Positions 11,022-19,946 of a stretch of 64,000 nucleotides of DNA are shown here, in pieces. The position numbers and the translations under genes were made by a program. The DNA is taken from assembly GCA_963712745.1 (NCBI GenBank), contig CAVQJC010000004.1:32001-96000 (forward strand), read 5' to 3'. The stretch is from an uncultured Chloroflexia bacterium. Its GTDB lineage: Bacteria; Chloroflexota; Limnocylindria; Limnocylindrales; CSP1-4. Under the pieces are notes generated by a model. It had not been told where the DNA came from, ran no database searches, and saw only the letters and a list, made by a program, of their open reading frames with translations. Within the stretch, counting starts at the first letter, position 1. Every line of letters starts with the position of its first letter.

Positions 11022-11987
11022 CTAGCCCTCGGCCACGAGTTCACGCAGGCGGGGCAATCGCTCGATGGTCTCGCGGTCGAATGGAGCCGGCAGGTCGACC
11101 ACCAGATGGGTGAAGCCGAGGTCCAGGAAGCGGCGCCACTGCTCGGCCACATGCTCCTCGCTGCCGACGAAGTCGACCTCCGGGTCGACGACATGTTCGC
11201 TGCCGTTGGCGTCCAGCCCGGCCTGCAGTACGCGCGCGGCTTCGTCGGCGTCGTCACGCAGGACGAGCAGGCCCACCATCGTGTGCTCGATCTCAAGCGG
11301 GTCGCGCCCGACCGCATCGCAGTGTCCACGCAGCACTTCGACCTTGCGCGCGAGCTTGTCGTACGTGCCGCCCACGTTCCAGCCCTGTGCGTGCCGCGCC
11401 ACCGTCCGCAGCGTCTTCCTCTCGCCGCCACCGCCGATCATCAGCGGAAGTCGCCCGGCACCGAGGTAGGGCAGGGGATGGTGCTCGAGCTGGCTGAAGC
11501 CATAGCGCCCACCAGGCTCACTCGTGGCGGTCTCGCCCGCCAGCACGCGGCTGATGCCGCTGACAGCCTCTTCGAGCCAGTCGAGGCGCTGGCCGAAGCC
11601 GGATCCGAAATCGATGCCATGGGCCGCGTGCTCGTACTCGAACCATGCTCCCCCGAGCCCCAGCCAGGCCCGGCCGGCGCTGATGTGATCCAGCGTCACC
11701 GCCGACTTGGCCACAAGGCCGGGATTGCGGAAGGTGTTGGCACCGACCATCAGGCCGAGCTGGATGCGCTCGGTCGCTGCCGCCCACGCGGCCAGCGTCG
11801 TCCAGCCCTCGAAGATCGGTTGCAGCGGATCGCCCACGATGGCGTGGAGGTGGTCCCAGGTCCAGAGGGAGTCAAGGCCGAGCTCATCGGCCAGGCGGGC
11901 ATGCTCGAACAGGCCGGTCCAGTCGGTCCGCTGGGGCCAGAGCAGGGCGCCGACGCGGACCGGGTATCGGTCGCGGTGTGTGGTCAT
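11022..11987 (-). CDS. LLM-class (probably F420-dependent) oxidoreductase
   Basis: DSLWTWDH, EGWTTLAA, FRNPGLVAK..TLDHISAGR..LGLGGAW, MIGGGGERKTL. Confidence 0.9.
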   Translation of the reverse strand: MTTHRDRYPVRVGALLWPQRTDWTGLFEHARLADELGLDSLWTWDHLHAIVGDPLQPIFEGWTTLAAWAAATERIQLGLMVGANTFRNPGLVAKSAVTLDHISAGRAWLGLGGAWFEYEHAAHGIDFGSGFGQRLDWLEEAVSGISRVLAGETATSEPGGRYGFSQLEHHPLPYLGAGRLPLMIGGGGERKTLRTVARHAQGWNVGGTYDKLARKVEVLRGHCDAVGRDPLEIEHTMVGLLVLRDDADEAARVLQAGLDANGSEHVVDPEVDFVGSEEHVAEQWRRFLDLGFTHLVVDLPAPFDRETIERLPRLRELVAEG

Positions 11988-12012
11988 GGCCCCGAGGCTA
12001 TAGCATCCGTGG

Positions 12013-12696
12013 GTGCCTTGGACTCGAAACGCGAAGATCGCCTTCATCGGCTCGCACGGGATCCGCAAGACGACCGCTGCGCTGGCGTTCGCGAGCGTGG
12101 TCCAACGGGCCGGCCGCTCGGTCGAGTTCGCGCGCGAGGTCGTTCGCGACAACCCCCTGGGCATCAACGAGGGCGCGACCTCAGAGGCGCAGCTGTGGGT
12201 GCTGACGTCTCAGATCCGGCGCGAGCTCGAGCTGTCGCGCAAGGCCGAGTGCCTGGTCACCGACCGAGGCGTGATGGACAACTTCGCCTACTACTTGCGT
12301 GCCGGTGGCGGCGAAGATCGCTTCGATGCCGAGCCGCTCGTGCGGCAGTGGTCTCGCACCTATGATCTCGTCGTCCGGCTCACGCCGGATGTAGAGCTTC
12401 GGGCTGATGGCGTTCGCTCCACCAACGACCGCTTCCGCGATGAGATCGAGGCCATCCTCGACGCTCGCCTGCCGCGCCTGGTGCCCCGCGATCGCCTGGT
12501 CGTTCAGCCCGCCTCGGGCATCACGGAGAACCACGACTGGTGGCCCCTGGCGGAGCAGCTGGCCGGCCGCCTCGACGAGCCATTGCTGGCCGAGGGAGTC
12601 ACTCGGCCGCTGCGCCCGCCCCGCGCGGCCGCGAGCAGGAGCCGGCGAAACCGGCCCGCGCCCAAGGATCAGCTGGCGCTCGACCTGGGGCGCTGA
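12013..12696 (+). CDS. NadR/AAA_28-like P-loop nucleotide kinase fold protein
   Basis: IAFIGSHGIRKTT, EVVR, LVTDRGVMDNFAY, YDLVV, DGVR motifs. Confidence 0.7.
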   Translation: MPWTRNAKIAFIGSHGIRKTTAALAFASVVQRAGRSVEFAREVVRDNPLGINEGATSEAQLWVLTSQIRRELELSRKAECLVTDRGVMDNFAYYLRAGGGEDRFDAEPLVRQWSRTYDLVVRLTPDVELRADGVRSTNDRFRDEIEAILDARLPRLVPRDRLVVQPASGITENHDWWPLAEQLAGRLDEPLLAEGVTRPLRPPRAAASRSRRNRPAPKDQLALDLGR

Positions 12697-12732
12697 GCGC
12701 CACTTCTGCCCGAGCCGGGTACAGTCAGCGCG

Positions 12733-14238
12733 ATGCCATCCTCCTCGGGCCCCGGTTGGGGCAACGCCTCCTCCTCACCCATGTCTGACCCGGGCCGGCC
12801 CGGGCCCCTGGACACCGACGTCGCGGTCACGCTACTGCAACGTGGCCAGGTCCTCGCCGACCAGGGCGATTGGGATCTGGCCGCGGGCACGTTCGCTCGG
12901 GTCGTCGGCAGCGAGGACCCGGCACTTCACACTGCAGCCTTGCTGGGCCTCGCGGAGTGCCGCTACCGTCTCGACGAGGAGCCGGCTGCCCTGCAGGCCT
13001 GGATCACTGCCACCCAGGCGCCGGAGAACGAGCTGACCTGGCGGGCCTGGAAGTCGCTGGCTGCGGCCCGCGTGCGGAACGATGACGTAGCCGGGGCAGC
13101 GCGGGCCTACCGCGAAGCCGCTCGCCGGGCGCCGACCTCCGAGCAAGCGGAGCTCCAGTCGCGCATCGGCTGGCTGAGCAAGGAGATGGGCGACGATCGC
13201 AGCGCCGAGCGCGCCTTCAGTCGTACGCGTGCGCCCGGCGTGGCCCAGCCCTACGTCACCTACGGCATCCTGGCCATCACCTCCATCCTCAGCCTGCTGA
13301 TCCTGTTCGGCTTCGAGGAGCTCGGGCTATCGCTGCGGCTGGACAAGGGCGCGGTCTACTACGACGCGGAGTTCTGGCGTCTGTTGACGGTGGCGCTGGT
13401 GCACGGCTCGATCATCCACCTGCTCTTCAACATGTACGCGCTGTGGATCATCGGGCCCATCGTCGAATCGCTCTATGGACCGTGGCGGTTCCTGGCCATC
13501 TATCTCATCTGCATCGCGGCCGGGTCTGCCGCCAGCTACGCCACCTCAGCCAACCCCGGGGTCGGTGCCAGCGGCGGCGTGTTCGGCCTCTTCGGTGCGT
13601 TACTCGTGGCCGACCGGGTGCACAAGCCGGCCCTGACCCGGAACGCCCGCAACCTGACGATGCAGATCGGGTTGCTCATCGTCATCAACCTGGTCATCGG
13701 CTTCACGGTGCCCAACATCGACAACGCCGCCCACATCGGCGGCCTGTTGGCCGGTGCCGTGCTCGGCTTCCTGCTGGTCCCCCAGGGGGCGCTGCTGGGC
13801 TCGTTCTGGTCGCGGCCGTCGACCGGCCCACAGTCCCCGACCGCTCGTCCGGCGGCCCCGGCCGTGCGCACCAGGCCGCTACGTGTCGCCGGCGTGGCCG
13901 CCATCGTCGGAGTCGTGGTCGTGCTCGTGGCTATCGGGCCCATCACCTACGAGCCGCCCATCTGGTGGCTGCTCGCCGGCCAGCCAGGGGCGGTCACGGA
14001 ACGCGTGGGCGATGCGGTAGTTGTCGCGGCGAGCGCGTCGAGCGTGGTCCGCCGGCAGTTCGACCTCGTCGCGCCGAACCGGCAGGTCGACGGCCATGGC
14101 CCGCCGGGGTCCGGGCCCGGGTCCCACGTCGCGGAGTCGCAGGCCGAGCCAGGCAGCCAGGCTGCCGGGCAGGTTCAACCTTGGGTCGAGGGTCCCCAGC
14201 GCCTGGGCGTCGCGGCGCCGGAAGCCATAGCAGCCTGA
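12733..14238 (+). CDS. Rhomboid intramembrane serine protease with N-terminal TPR repeats (3' extension questionable)
   Basis: TPR-like helices, then WRLLT, HLLFNM, GASG (Ser) and AAHIGG (His). Confidence 0.9.
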   Translation: MPSSSGPGWGNASSSPMSDPGRPGPLDTDVAVTLLQRGQVLADQGDWDLAAGTFARVVGSEDPALHTAALLGLAECRYRLDEEPAALQAWITATQAPENELTWRAWKSLAAARVRNDDVAGAARAYREAARRAPTSEQAELQSRIGWLSKEMGDDRSAERAFSRTRAPGVAQPYVTYGILAITSILSLLILFGFEELGLSLRLDKGAVYYDAEFWRLLTVALVHGSIIHLLFNMYALWIIGPIVESLYGPWRFLAIYLICIAAGSAASYATSANPGVGASGGVFGLFGALLVADRVHKPALTRNARNLTMQIGLLIVINLVIGFTVPNIDNAAHIGGLLAGAVLGFLLVPQGALLGSFWSRPSTGPQSPTARPAAPAVRTRPLRVAGVAAIVGVVVVLVAIGPITYEPPIWWLLAGQPGAVTERVGDAVVVAASASSVVRRQFDLVAPNRQVDGHGPPGSGPGSHVAESQAEPGSQAAGQVQPWVEGPQRLGVAAPEAIAA

Positions 14239-14871
14239 TCGCACGGTCGTCGCATCGCCGGGGCCCACTGGGCCATAGCGGCGCAGGTCGACCGATACGA
14301 GTCCCTCGATCCCGGCCACGGCCACGTCGTCATCCTCGAGTGCGTCACACAGTGGGCCCACGATGTCGCCCTCGACCCGGCGATCCGTGTCGAGCACGAT
14401 CACGACCGTGCCGCTCGCGCGGCGGAGCGCGGCCGAGAGGGCGTCACCAGGGCTGAACGCCTCCACGGTGCGGATGACTTCATCGCTGTGGGCCTCCACG
14501 CTCACCGCGCGGTCCGCCACCACCAGCACCTGCGAGTCTACGGGCAGGTGCTGGGCCAGGGACCGGAGCGCGGGATCAGGCGAGGCGCCGTCGCCGGCCA
14601 TGACCACGACGGTGGCCACGGTGGGCGGCGCCTGCTCCGGCCGCCAGGGCACCGAGTCGACTGCGCCGTACACGGTGTTGCCGTCTTCGACCAGGTCTGC
14701 CGGCCTGGCCTGCAACAGCTCGAAGTCGATGCCGTGGTCGACGACTCGCCAGCCCGCGGCCTCGATGCGAGCGCGCAGCTGGTCGGCGGCGGCCCAGTCA
14801 CGCGCGGCACGCGCGGCCGAGCGTTCCTCGGCCAGCGTGGTGATGTCCGGGGGCGGTGACGGGTCCGACAC
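13879..14871 (-). CDS. Fusion of CysRS C-terminal-like helical domain and GT-A (GT2-like) glycosyltransferase fold
   Basis: LAEERSAARAARDWAAADQLRARIEAAGWRVVD, then VVVMA, VLVVAD, ASGTVVIVLDTD, GCYGFRR, LDPRL. Confidence 0.7.
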   Translation of the reverse strand: MSDPSPPPDITTLAEERSAARAARDWAAADQLRARIEAAGWRVVDHGIDFELLQARPADLVEDGNTVYGAVDSVPWRPEQAPPTVATVVVMAGDGASPDPALRSLAQHLPVDSQVLVVADRAVSVEAHSDEVIRTVEAFSPGDALSAALRRASGTVVIVLDTDRRVEGDIVGPLCDALEDDDVAVAGIEGLVSVDLRRYGPVGPGDATTVRSGCYGFRRRDAQALGTLDPRLNLPGSLAAWLGLRLRDVGPGPGPRRAMAVDLPVRRDEVELPADHARRARRDNYRIAHAFRDRPWLAGEQPPDGRLVGDGPDSHEHDHDSDDGGHAGDT

Positions 14872-14915
14872 GGTCCGAGCATATCGCGTCCTCCAGCGGG
14901 TACCCTTCGCCGGGC

Positions 14916-16355
14916 ATGGAACGAAGCGTCTGGACGGTGACCGTCGCCACGTTCGTGCTGCGATTCGCCACCGGCCTGACCGGGGCGCTGCTCATCTTCC
15001 TGCTCGCGGACTATCCCCAGTACGGCGGCCCGGAGGTCGGCCCGTTCGTCATCGGCCTGTTCACGGCCCTCTTCTTCGCGGCCGAGCTGGTCCTCTCGCC
15101 GCCGTTCGGACTGCTCTCCGACCGGATCGGGCACAACCGCGTCATGCAGGTCGGCCCGCTCTTCGGCCTGGTGGCCGTGCTGGTGACGGCCCTGACAGCC
15201 GAGATCGAGCTGCCGGGAGGCATGACCCTGGCCATCCCGCTCCTGCTGGGGAGCCTCGTGCTGCTGGGCATGACCCGCCTGCTCGAAGGCGCCTCGACCG
15301 CCGCTAGCGTGCCCTCGGTGCTGGGCTTCCTGGCCGTCATCACCAGCGGCGACGAGGATCTGCGGGGCAAGGCTGCGGCTCGCTTCGAGGCCGCCACCAT
15401 CGCCGGGCTCACACTCGGCTTTGCCGCGGCGGGCGCGGTCTGGACCCTGCTGGGCCCGGCCGGTTTCGTGGCCAACGCTGCCGTCTACGTCGTGGCCTTC
15501 GCTCTCTACCGCTGGAACGTGCCCGCCGTGGGCATGCCAGTCATGCAGGGCGCCTCCATGTCGCTCGACTGGCTCCGCTATCGCCGCCTGCTACGACGGA
15601 CACGTGTCTGGCTCCTGGCGCCGACCTGGATCGCGCTCAACGCGGCTCTCGGGCTGTACACCTCACAGACGCTCTTCCAGCTGGTGCGGGTGCCCGATGA
15701 GCGGTTCGCCAACCAGTGGCTGGTGGGCGGCTTCGACGCACTGCTGGTGACCCTGGTGTTCCTGGTGGGTGGTGCCGTGTTCCTGCTGGGCCTGCTCTAC
15801 TGGGGCGGACGCTTCAGGTCGCTGCGACGCACCACCATCATCTTCTACGGCATCGTCGGCGGGGCGGCGTTCGTCGTCTCCGCCCTGCTGCTCAACCACA
15901 CCGTCGAGGAGGCTGCCCTCACCCGGATGCTCTGGCTGGGTGGGCTGCTGGCGGGACTGTTCATGCTGGCCGGGGCCACTCCGGCGGCCCTGGGCCTGCT
16001 CGCCGACATGTCCGAATCGTTCCCGTCTGACCGCGGCGCCGTGATGGGTCTCTACAGCGTGTTCCTCGCGCTGGGTCAGATCATCGGAGCCCTGGTCGGT
16101 GCCGCTGCCGCTGAAGCCTGGGCCTTCGATGGCATCCTGCTGGCCACTCTCGTGCTGCTGGCCATCGCCCTCATGCCACTGGCTCGTCTGCGTCGTTTCG
16201 AGTTCCAGTTCCAGCCGAACCCTGCCAGCGGCCCTGATCGCGCGGCCACCGTGGTCGATCTCTCGGTGACGCGCGCCTATCAGCACGCTGATGCCGAGGC
16301 CTCAGCTGCGGGCCGCGAGGGCGGTGAGGGCGGCGGACCCGGGCAGGGCGCCTAA
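14916..16355 (+). CDS. MFS transporter
   Basis: GLLSDRIG motif A, TRLLEG, DRGAVMGLYS; about 12 hydrophobic segments. Confidence 0.9.
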   Translation: MERSVWTVTVATFVLRFATGLTGALLIFLLADYPQYGGPEVGPFVIGLFTALFFAAELVLSPPFGLLSDRIGHNRVMQVGPLFGLVAVLVTALTAEIELPGGMTLAIPLLLGSLVLLGMTRLLEGASTAASVPSVLGFLAVITSGDEDLRGKAAARFEAATIAGLTLGFAAAGAVWTLLGPAGFVANAAVYVVAFALYRWNVPAVGMPVMQGASMSLDWLRYRRLLRRTRVWLLAPTWIALNAALGLYTSQTLFQLVRVPDERFANQWLVGGFDALLVTLVFLVGGAVFLLGLLYWGGRFRSLRRTTIIFYGIVGGAAFVVSALLLNHTVEEAALTRMLWLGGLLAGLFMLAGATPAALGLLADMSESFPSDRGAVMGLYSVFLALGQIIGALVGAAAAEAWAFDGILLATLVLLAIALMPLARLRRFEFQFQPNPASGPDRAATVVDLSVTRAYQHADAEASAAGREGGEGGGPGQGA

Positions 16356-17969
16356 GAGTCCGACTCGGGCTCGGCTCCCAGTGATTCGGGCACGAAACGC
16401 ATGATGGCGCGGGTACCACGCAGCAGGCGCAGCGAGTCATCGAGCACGATGTAGCTGTCCGTCGCCGGCAGGGTCTTGAGGTACTCCCGCTGCTGCTTGC
16501 ACTTCTTGCTCTTGGCCTTGTTGCCGGCGCAGGCCCGGCCCTGCGGCGTCGGTTTGCCGATCTGGAGGCGCGTTGCCGCAGGGGTGCGGTAGTCGGCCGT
16601 GTAGACGTTGACCTCGTTCCGGTCGACCGCACCGGTCTCCCCGAGCACGACCTCGATGTCCTCGAACGAGGCCGTGATTGTCGTGCCCTCGATGGGACGT
16701 CGGATGGTCGATTTGCCGGACTTGGGCGAGACGTCCATCCAATCGAGCACCCAGGTGGGGCCCACCAGGTCGGCCTGGGGCCGCAGGCGCATCAGGGTGG
16801 CGCCGCTGACGCCCTTGAGCTCCAGTTCGTCGCCGCGCAGGGCATGGGATGCGGCTTCCCGCAGGGCGCCGAGGAAGTCGTCCTCGATGTCCTGGAGTGG
16901 GGTCGGGTTCTTGGCCCTCGATACGGGGCAGGCGCCCTTGTTGGCGAGACGGATGTCGGACACGTTGACGGCCAGGCCCGAGCGCAGGCTCTCCGCCTTG
17001 AAGGCGCGGCAGATCGTCCGGCCCTCGGCCGCTGTGCCGGTGAACTTCACCGCGGACGTGTTCAGCTCACTCTCGCCCCAGGCGATCTCACCATCGACAT
17101 CGTAGATGGCCACCGGTGTCCAGGTCCGTCGCCCCAGGTCGACGTCCGGGATCAGGGCCAGGCGCGTCGTGCCCAGGTCATCCTGGAGGGCCAGGCCGGC
17201 CGGCAGCACCTTGAAGTCGGTGATCTCACCGAGCGTGTCGATGAGGCGAGCAGCCTGCGCCCGAGCCTGCTCGCTGCATGACTCGAGGCGGTAGGCCAGG
17301 TCCGAGATGCGGACGGTGCCGTCGTTGACGACGTATGAGCCCAGGAACGCGCCGCAGCCGGTGTTGCCCACCAGCCGACCGCCGCGCAGGAACTCGACCC
17401 ACGGGTCGAGGCCCTGGATGACCGGGTCCACCGACCCATCGGCGTCGGCGATGCGGGCCAGGTCCCAGCGGGCCACCGTCGGGTCGTCCTCGATGACCGC
17501 GCGGGTGAGCGTCATGATCGGGTCGCCGATAGCGTCCTGCAGGACCAGGATCGAAATCTGCGCCGGTGAAGGAGGCAGCTTGGTCGATGTTGGCGTAGAA
17601 GGCCTCGTCGAAGGCTTGGGCGCTGGGGTCGCAGTCGAACCGCTCGACTGCCGGCGGGTCGATGAAGATCGTCTGCTGGGAGACCGTGTAGTTCGTTTCG
17701 AACGTGCTGCAGGCAGCCTCGCCGAACGCGAGTCCGGCAAACAGCGACAGGGTCGCTCCCACGCCCGCGGGCACGGGCACCACGTCGCCATTGGTGTCGC
17801 GGTACTTCAGGAGTTGCCATTCCCACTCGATATCACGTGCCTGAAGCTCATCCTGGGCGGAGGCCATGGCCGGCAGGGCCAGCGCGAACGCCAGGAGCAG
17901 GACCGATCCAAGCCCGACGATGCGGACCACAGGGTGCTGGCTGAGGGTGGAGGTGTTGCGACGACTCAT
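16352..17969 (-). CDS. Secreted multi-META (HslJ-like) domain protein; +1 frameshift near 17555 (probable sequencing error)
   Basis: Signal peptide; repeated META-like units (WQLL..GEAACS, WDL..GNTGCG..GSY, WTP..GRTICR, WVL); removing one T joins AASFTGAD to SILVLQD. Confidence 0.75.
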
Positions 17970-18137
17970 ACGACCTCTGGTTCTGGGGCTCCGCGGCTCG
18001 CCTTCGGCAGGATGGCGGGGCGAAACCTGCCCTTCGGAGCGTAGCCTCGCACATTCTCCGAGATTCCGATGCGGGGCCGGCGTAAGGGCAGCTCGGACGT
18101 GGTGTCCTCCCGTGCTGGTGCGGGGTGGAGGGGACTA

Positions 18138-18167
18138 TTGCTGGTTCTTGCGAACCTTTGCTACAGT
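18138..18167 (+). promoter_or_regulatory. Sigma70-type promoter of tRNA-Lys
   Basis: TTGCTG-N18-TACAGT with extended TG, 11 nt before the tRNA. Confidence 0.5.
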
Positions 18168-18178
18168 TGCCGTATCGC

Positions 18179-18253
18179 GGGCCGCTAGCTCAACGGTAGA
18201 GCAAGTGACTCTTAATCACTAGGTTGAAGGTTCGAATCCTTCGCGGCTCACCA
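18179..18253 (+). tRNA. tRNA-Lys(CTT)
   Basis: GGGCCGC/GCGGCTC acceptor stem, AGTGA-CTCTTAA-TCACT anticodon arm, GGTTCGAATCC T arm, encoded CCA. Confidence 0.97.
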
Positions 18254-18266
18254 TCCCGACCACAAC

Positions 18267-18293
18267 GACCCCTCCGAACCGTTCGGAGGGGTC
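18267..18293 (+). terminator. Hairpin after tRNA-Lys
   Basis: Perfect inverted repeat GACCCCTCCGAAC-C-GTTCGGAGGGGTC. Confidence 0.65.
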
Positions 18294-18358
18294 CAGTCTT
18301 GTCCGGTCGGTGCCTGCGTGCACCCACGCGATGGTACTAGTGCGCTGAGCGGCGACGC

Positions 18359-18480
18359 TCAGCGGCAACGACCCCGTCGCAGGATGAGGCGAGCGACGGC
18401 GTCCATCCGGCTGGCTGGTGCTGAGGTCAGGTCGGGGAACGCATCACCGTCGCCAGCCACGGCCGCCTCGGCCAGGGTCC
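18359..18480 (-). pseudogene. Decayed fragment of an ECF sigma factor N-terminus
   Basis: LAEAAVAGDGDAFPDL..RMDAVARLILR resembles the ECF start LV..A..GD..AF..L; stops shortly after. Confidence 0.4.
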
Positions 18481-18571
18481 GTCTGCCACGGTCGCCCGGC
18501 CCGGGGGCCATCCTCCGCCATCCGCGCCTGGCCACAGGCCGCACCACAGCTCACTGGTGCGCTGGACGCAC

Positions 18572-18608
18572 AGAGAAACCCCCGGCCTGAAGGGAGTCAG
18601 GCCGGGGG
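18572..18608 (-). terminator. Intrinsic terminator downstream of ORF 18713-18991
   Basis: 12-bp stem CCCCCGGCCTGA/TCAGGCCGGGGG followed by TTTCTCT on the minus strand. Confidence 0.75.
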
Positions 18609-18712
18609 AGTGAACAGCTCGCCGGAGCGGGCTGCGATGAGTTCGATCGGGGCCGGCGGAGGAGGTGGAGGAAGACCGACCCCGGTCGCACTCGTATGTG
18701 GTTGTGGAGTCC

Positions 18713-18991
18713 TCAGCCCTGGCTCGGGAGCTCCATGATCAGGCTGCGCGTGTGACTGAAGGCCGTGAGTCGGCCGACCAGCCCGGAGAGCCCGGTCTTG
18801 TCCTCGCCGCGGCTGGAGCACTCGAGCCAGACCGACCCGCTGTCGGCGACGGCGAGCATGTGCCGGCCGCAGTTGCAGTAGGGCGCGGAGCGTTCCGCCC
18901 TCTCGATGAGGTCGACCGCGCGCTGGTTCTCGCGCTCGGTCAGGAAGGGTCCCGGACGGGCGGCGAGCCCGGGGACCTGCGTGTGGGTCAT
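18713..18991 (-). CDS. Small hypothetical protein with possible Zn-ribbon
   Basis: AGGAGG RBS; PYCNCG...WLECS...H; has its own terminator. Confidence 0.7.
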   Translation of the reverse strand: MTHTQVPGLAARPGPFLTERENQRAVDLIERAERSAPYCNCGRHMLAVADSGSVWLECSSRGEDKTGLSGLVGRLTAFSHTRSLIMELPSQG

Positions 18992-19063
18992 GTCGCTAGC
19001 AACCTCCTGGTTGGCTTGGCTGTTCGATCGGGTTTAGCGGATCTCGCCACGGCTCTGTGTTTC

Positions 19064-19164
19064 GATCCGGTCCGTATCGTACAACGACTGGCAGAGCATT
19101 GCAAGACGGTCCGTGTCGTTATTTCTTAACCGAGTGCAGGGTTGCCAATGAGACGGACCGTCTC
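19064..19164. promoter_or_regulatory. Three palindromic operator sites, probably for the adjacent TetR
   Basis: GATCCGG-T-CCGTATC (19064), AAGACGG-T-CCGTGTC (19103), perfect GAGACGG-A-CCGTCTC (19150). Confidence 0.75.
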
Positions 19165-19180
19165 GTAGGATGGTCGGTAT

Positions 19181-19876
19181 ATGACAGTCGAGGCAAAGGA
19201 CGCCGCGGCCGCGGGCGACCCGCTGGACGAGCTCATCGCGCAGGAAGCACCGTCCGATGCCGTGAGGCGCACCGCCAAGCTCGGACGGCCACGCAGCGAC
19301 CGGGCCCACCGGGACATCACGCAGGCCTTCCGGGAACTCCTCATCGAAGAGGGTTTCGGCAAGGTACGCATGGAGCACGTGGCTGCGCGGGCCAACGTGG
19401 GCAAGGCCACCATCTACCGCCACTGGCCCACCAAGGAGGCCCTGGCGCTGGAGGTGTTGCTGCAACTGGCGACGCCTCACCTCGCTGTCCCGGACGTGGG
19501 CGACACCAGGATCGAGCTGCTGGCGACCGTGCTGGCCCCGATGCGGGCCCTGACCGAAACGGACTTCGGGCCGGTCATCCGCGCGCTGCTCTCGGAGATC
19601 GCGCGAAACCCCGAGCTGGGCGATCCCTTCAGGGCCACGGTCGTACAGGCCCGGCGCGATGAGGTTGCCCGGGTCATCGCCCGAGGCGTCAGGCGTGGCG
19701 ATCTGCGGCCAGACGTGCACCCGGAGGTGGCCACGGAGATGCTCGTCGGCCCGGTGTACTGGCGGCTGATGTTCGGTGGCGCCCTCGACGCCGAGTTCGC
19801 CGAGCGCATCGTCGACGACGTCCTGCAGGGCTGGTCGATGCGCGGCTGGGGTGAGGTCGCCACCAACTGGCTGTAG
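19181..19876 (+). CDS. TetR/AcrR-family regulator (TetR_C_11-like C-terminus)
   Basis: GRPRS, MEHVAARANVGKATIYRHWPTKEAL, RGDLRPD, LVGPVYWR. Confidence 0.92.
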   Translation: MTVEAKDAAAAGDPLDELIAQEAPSDAVRRTAKLGRPRSDRAHRDITQAFRELLIEEGFGKVRMEHVAARANVGKATIYRHWPTKEALALEVLLQLATPHLAVPDVGDTRIELLATVLAPMRALTETDFGPVIRALLSEIARNPELGDPFRATVVQARRDEVARVIARGVRRGDLRPDVHPEVATEMLVGPVYWRLMFGGALDAEFAERIVDDVLQGWSMRGWGEVATNWL

Positions 19877-19946
19877 CGGGCGCCCGCGGCGCTTCAGCTG
19901 GCGCCCCGGCACCGGGTCGGGTGCCGACAGCGGAGCCTGGGACGCC

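Noticed and set aside
19064-19164. Mini-CRISPR array
   Set aside because: Only three degenerate 15-nt palindromes with uneven spacing and no cas genes; fits operators
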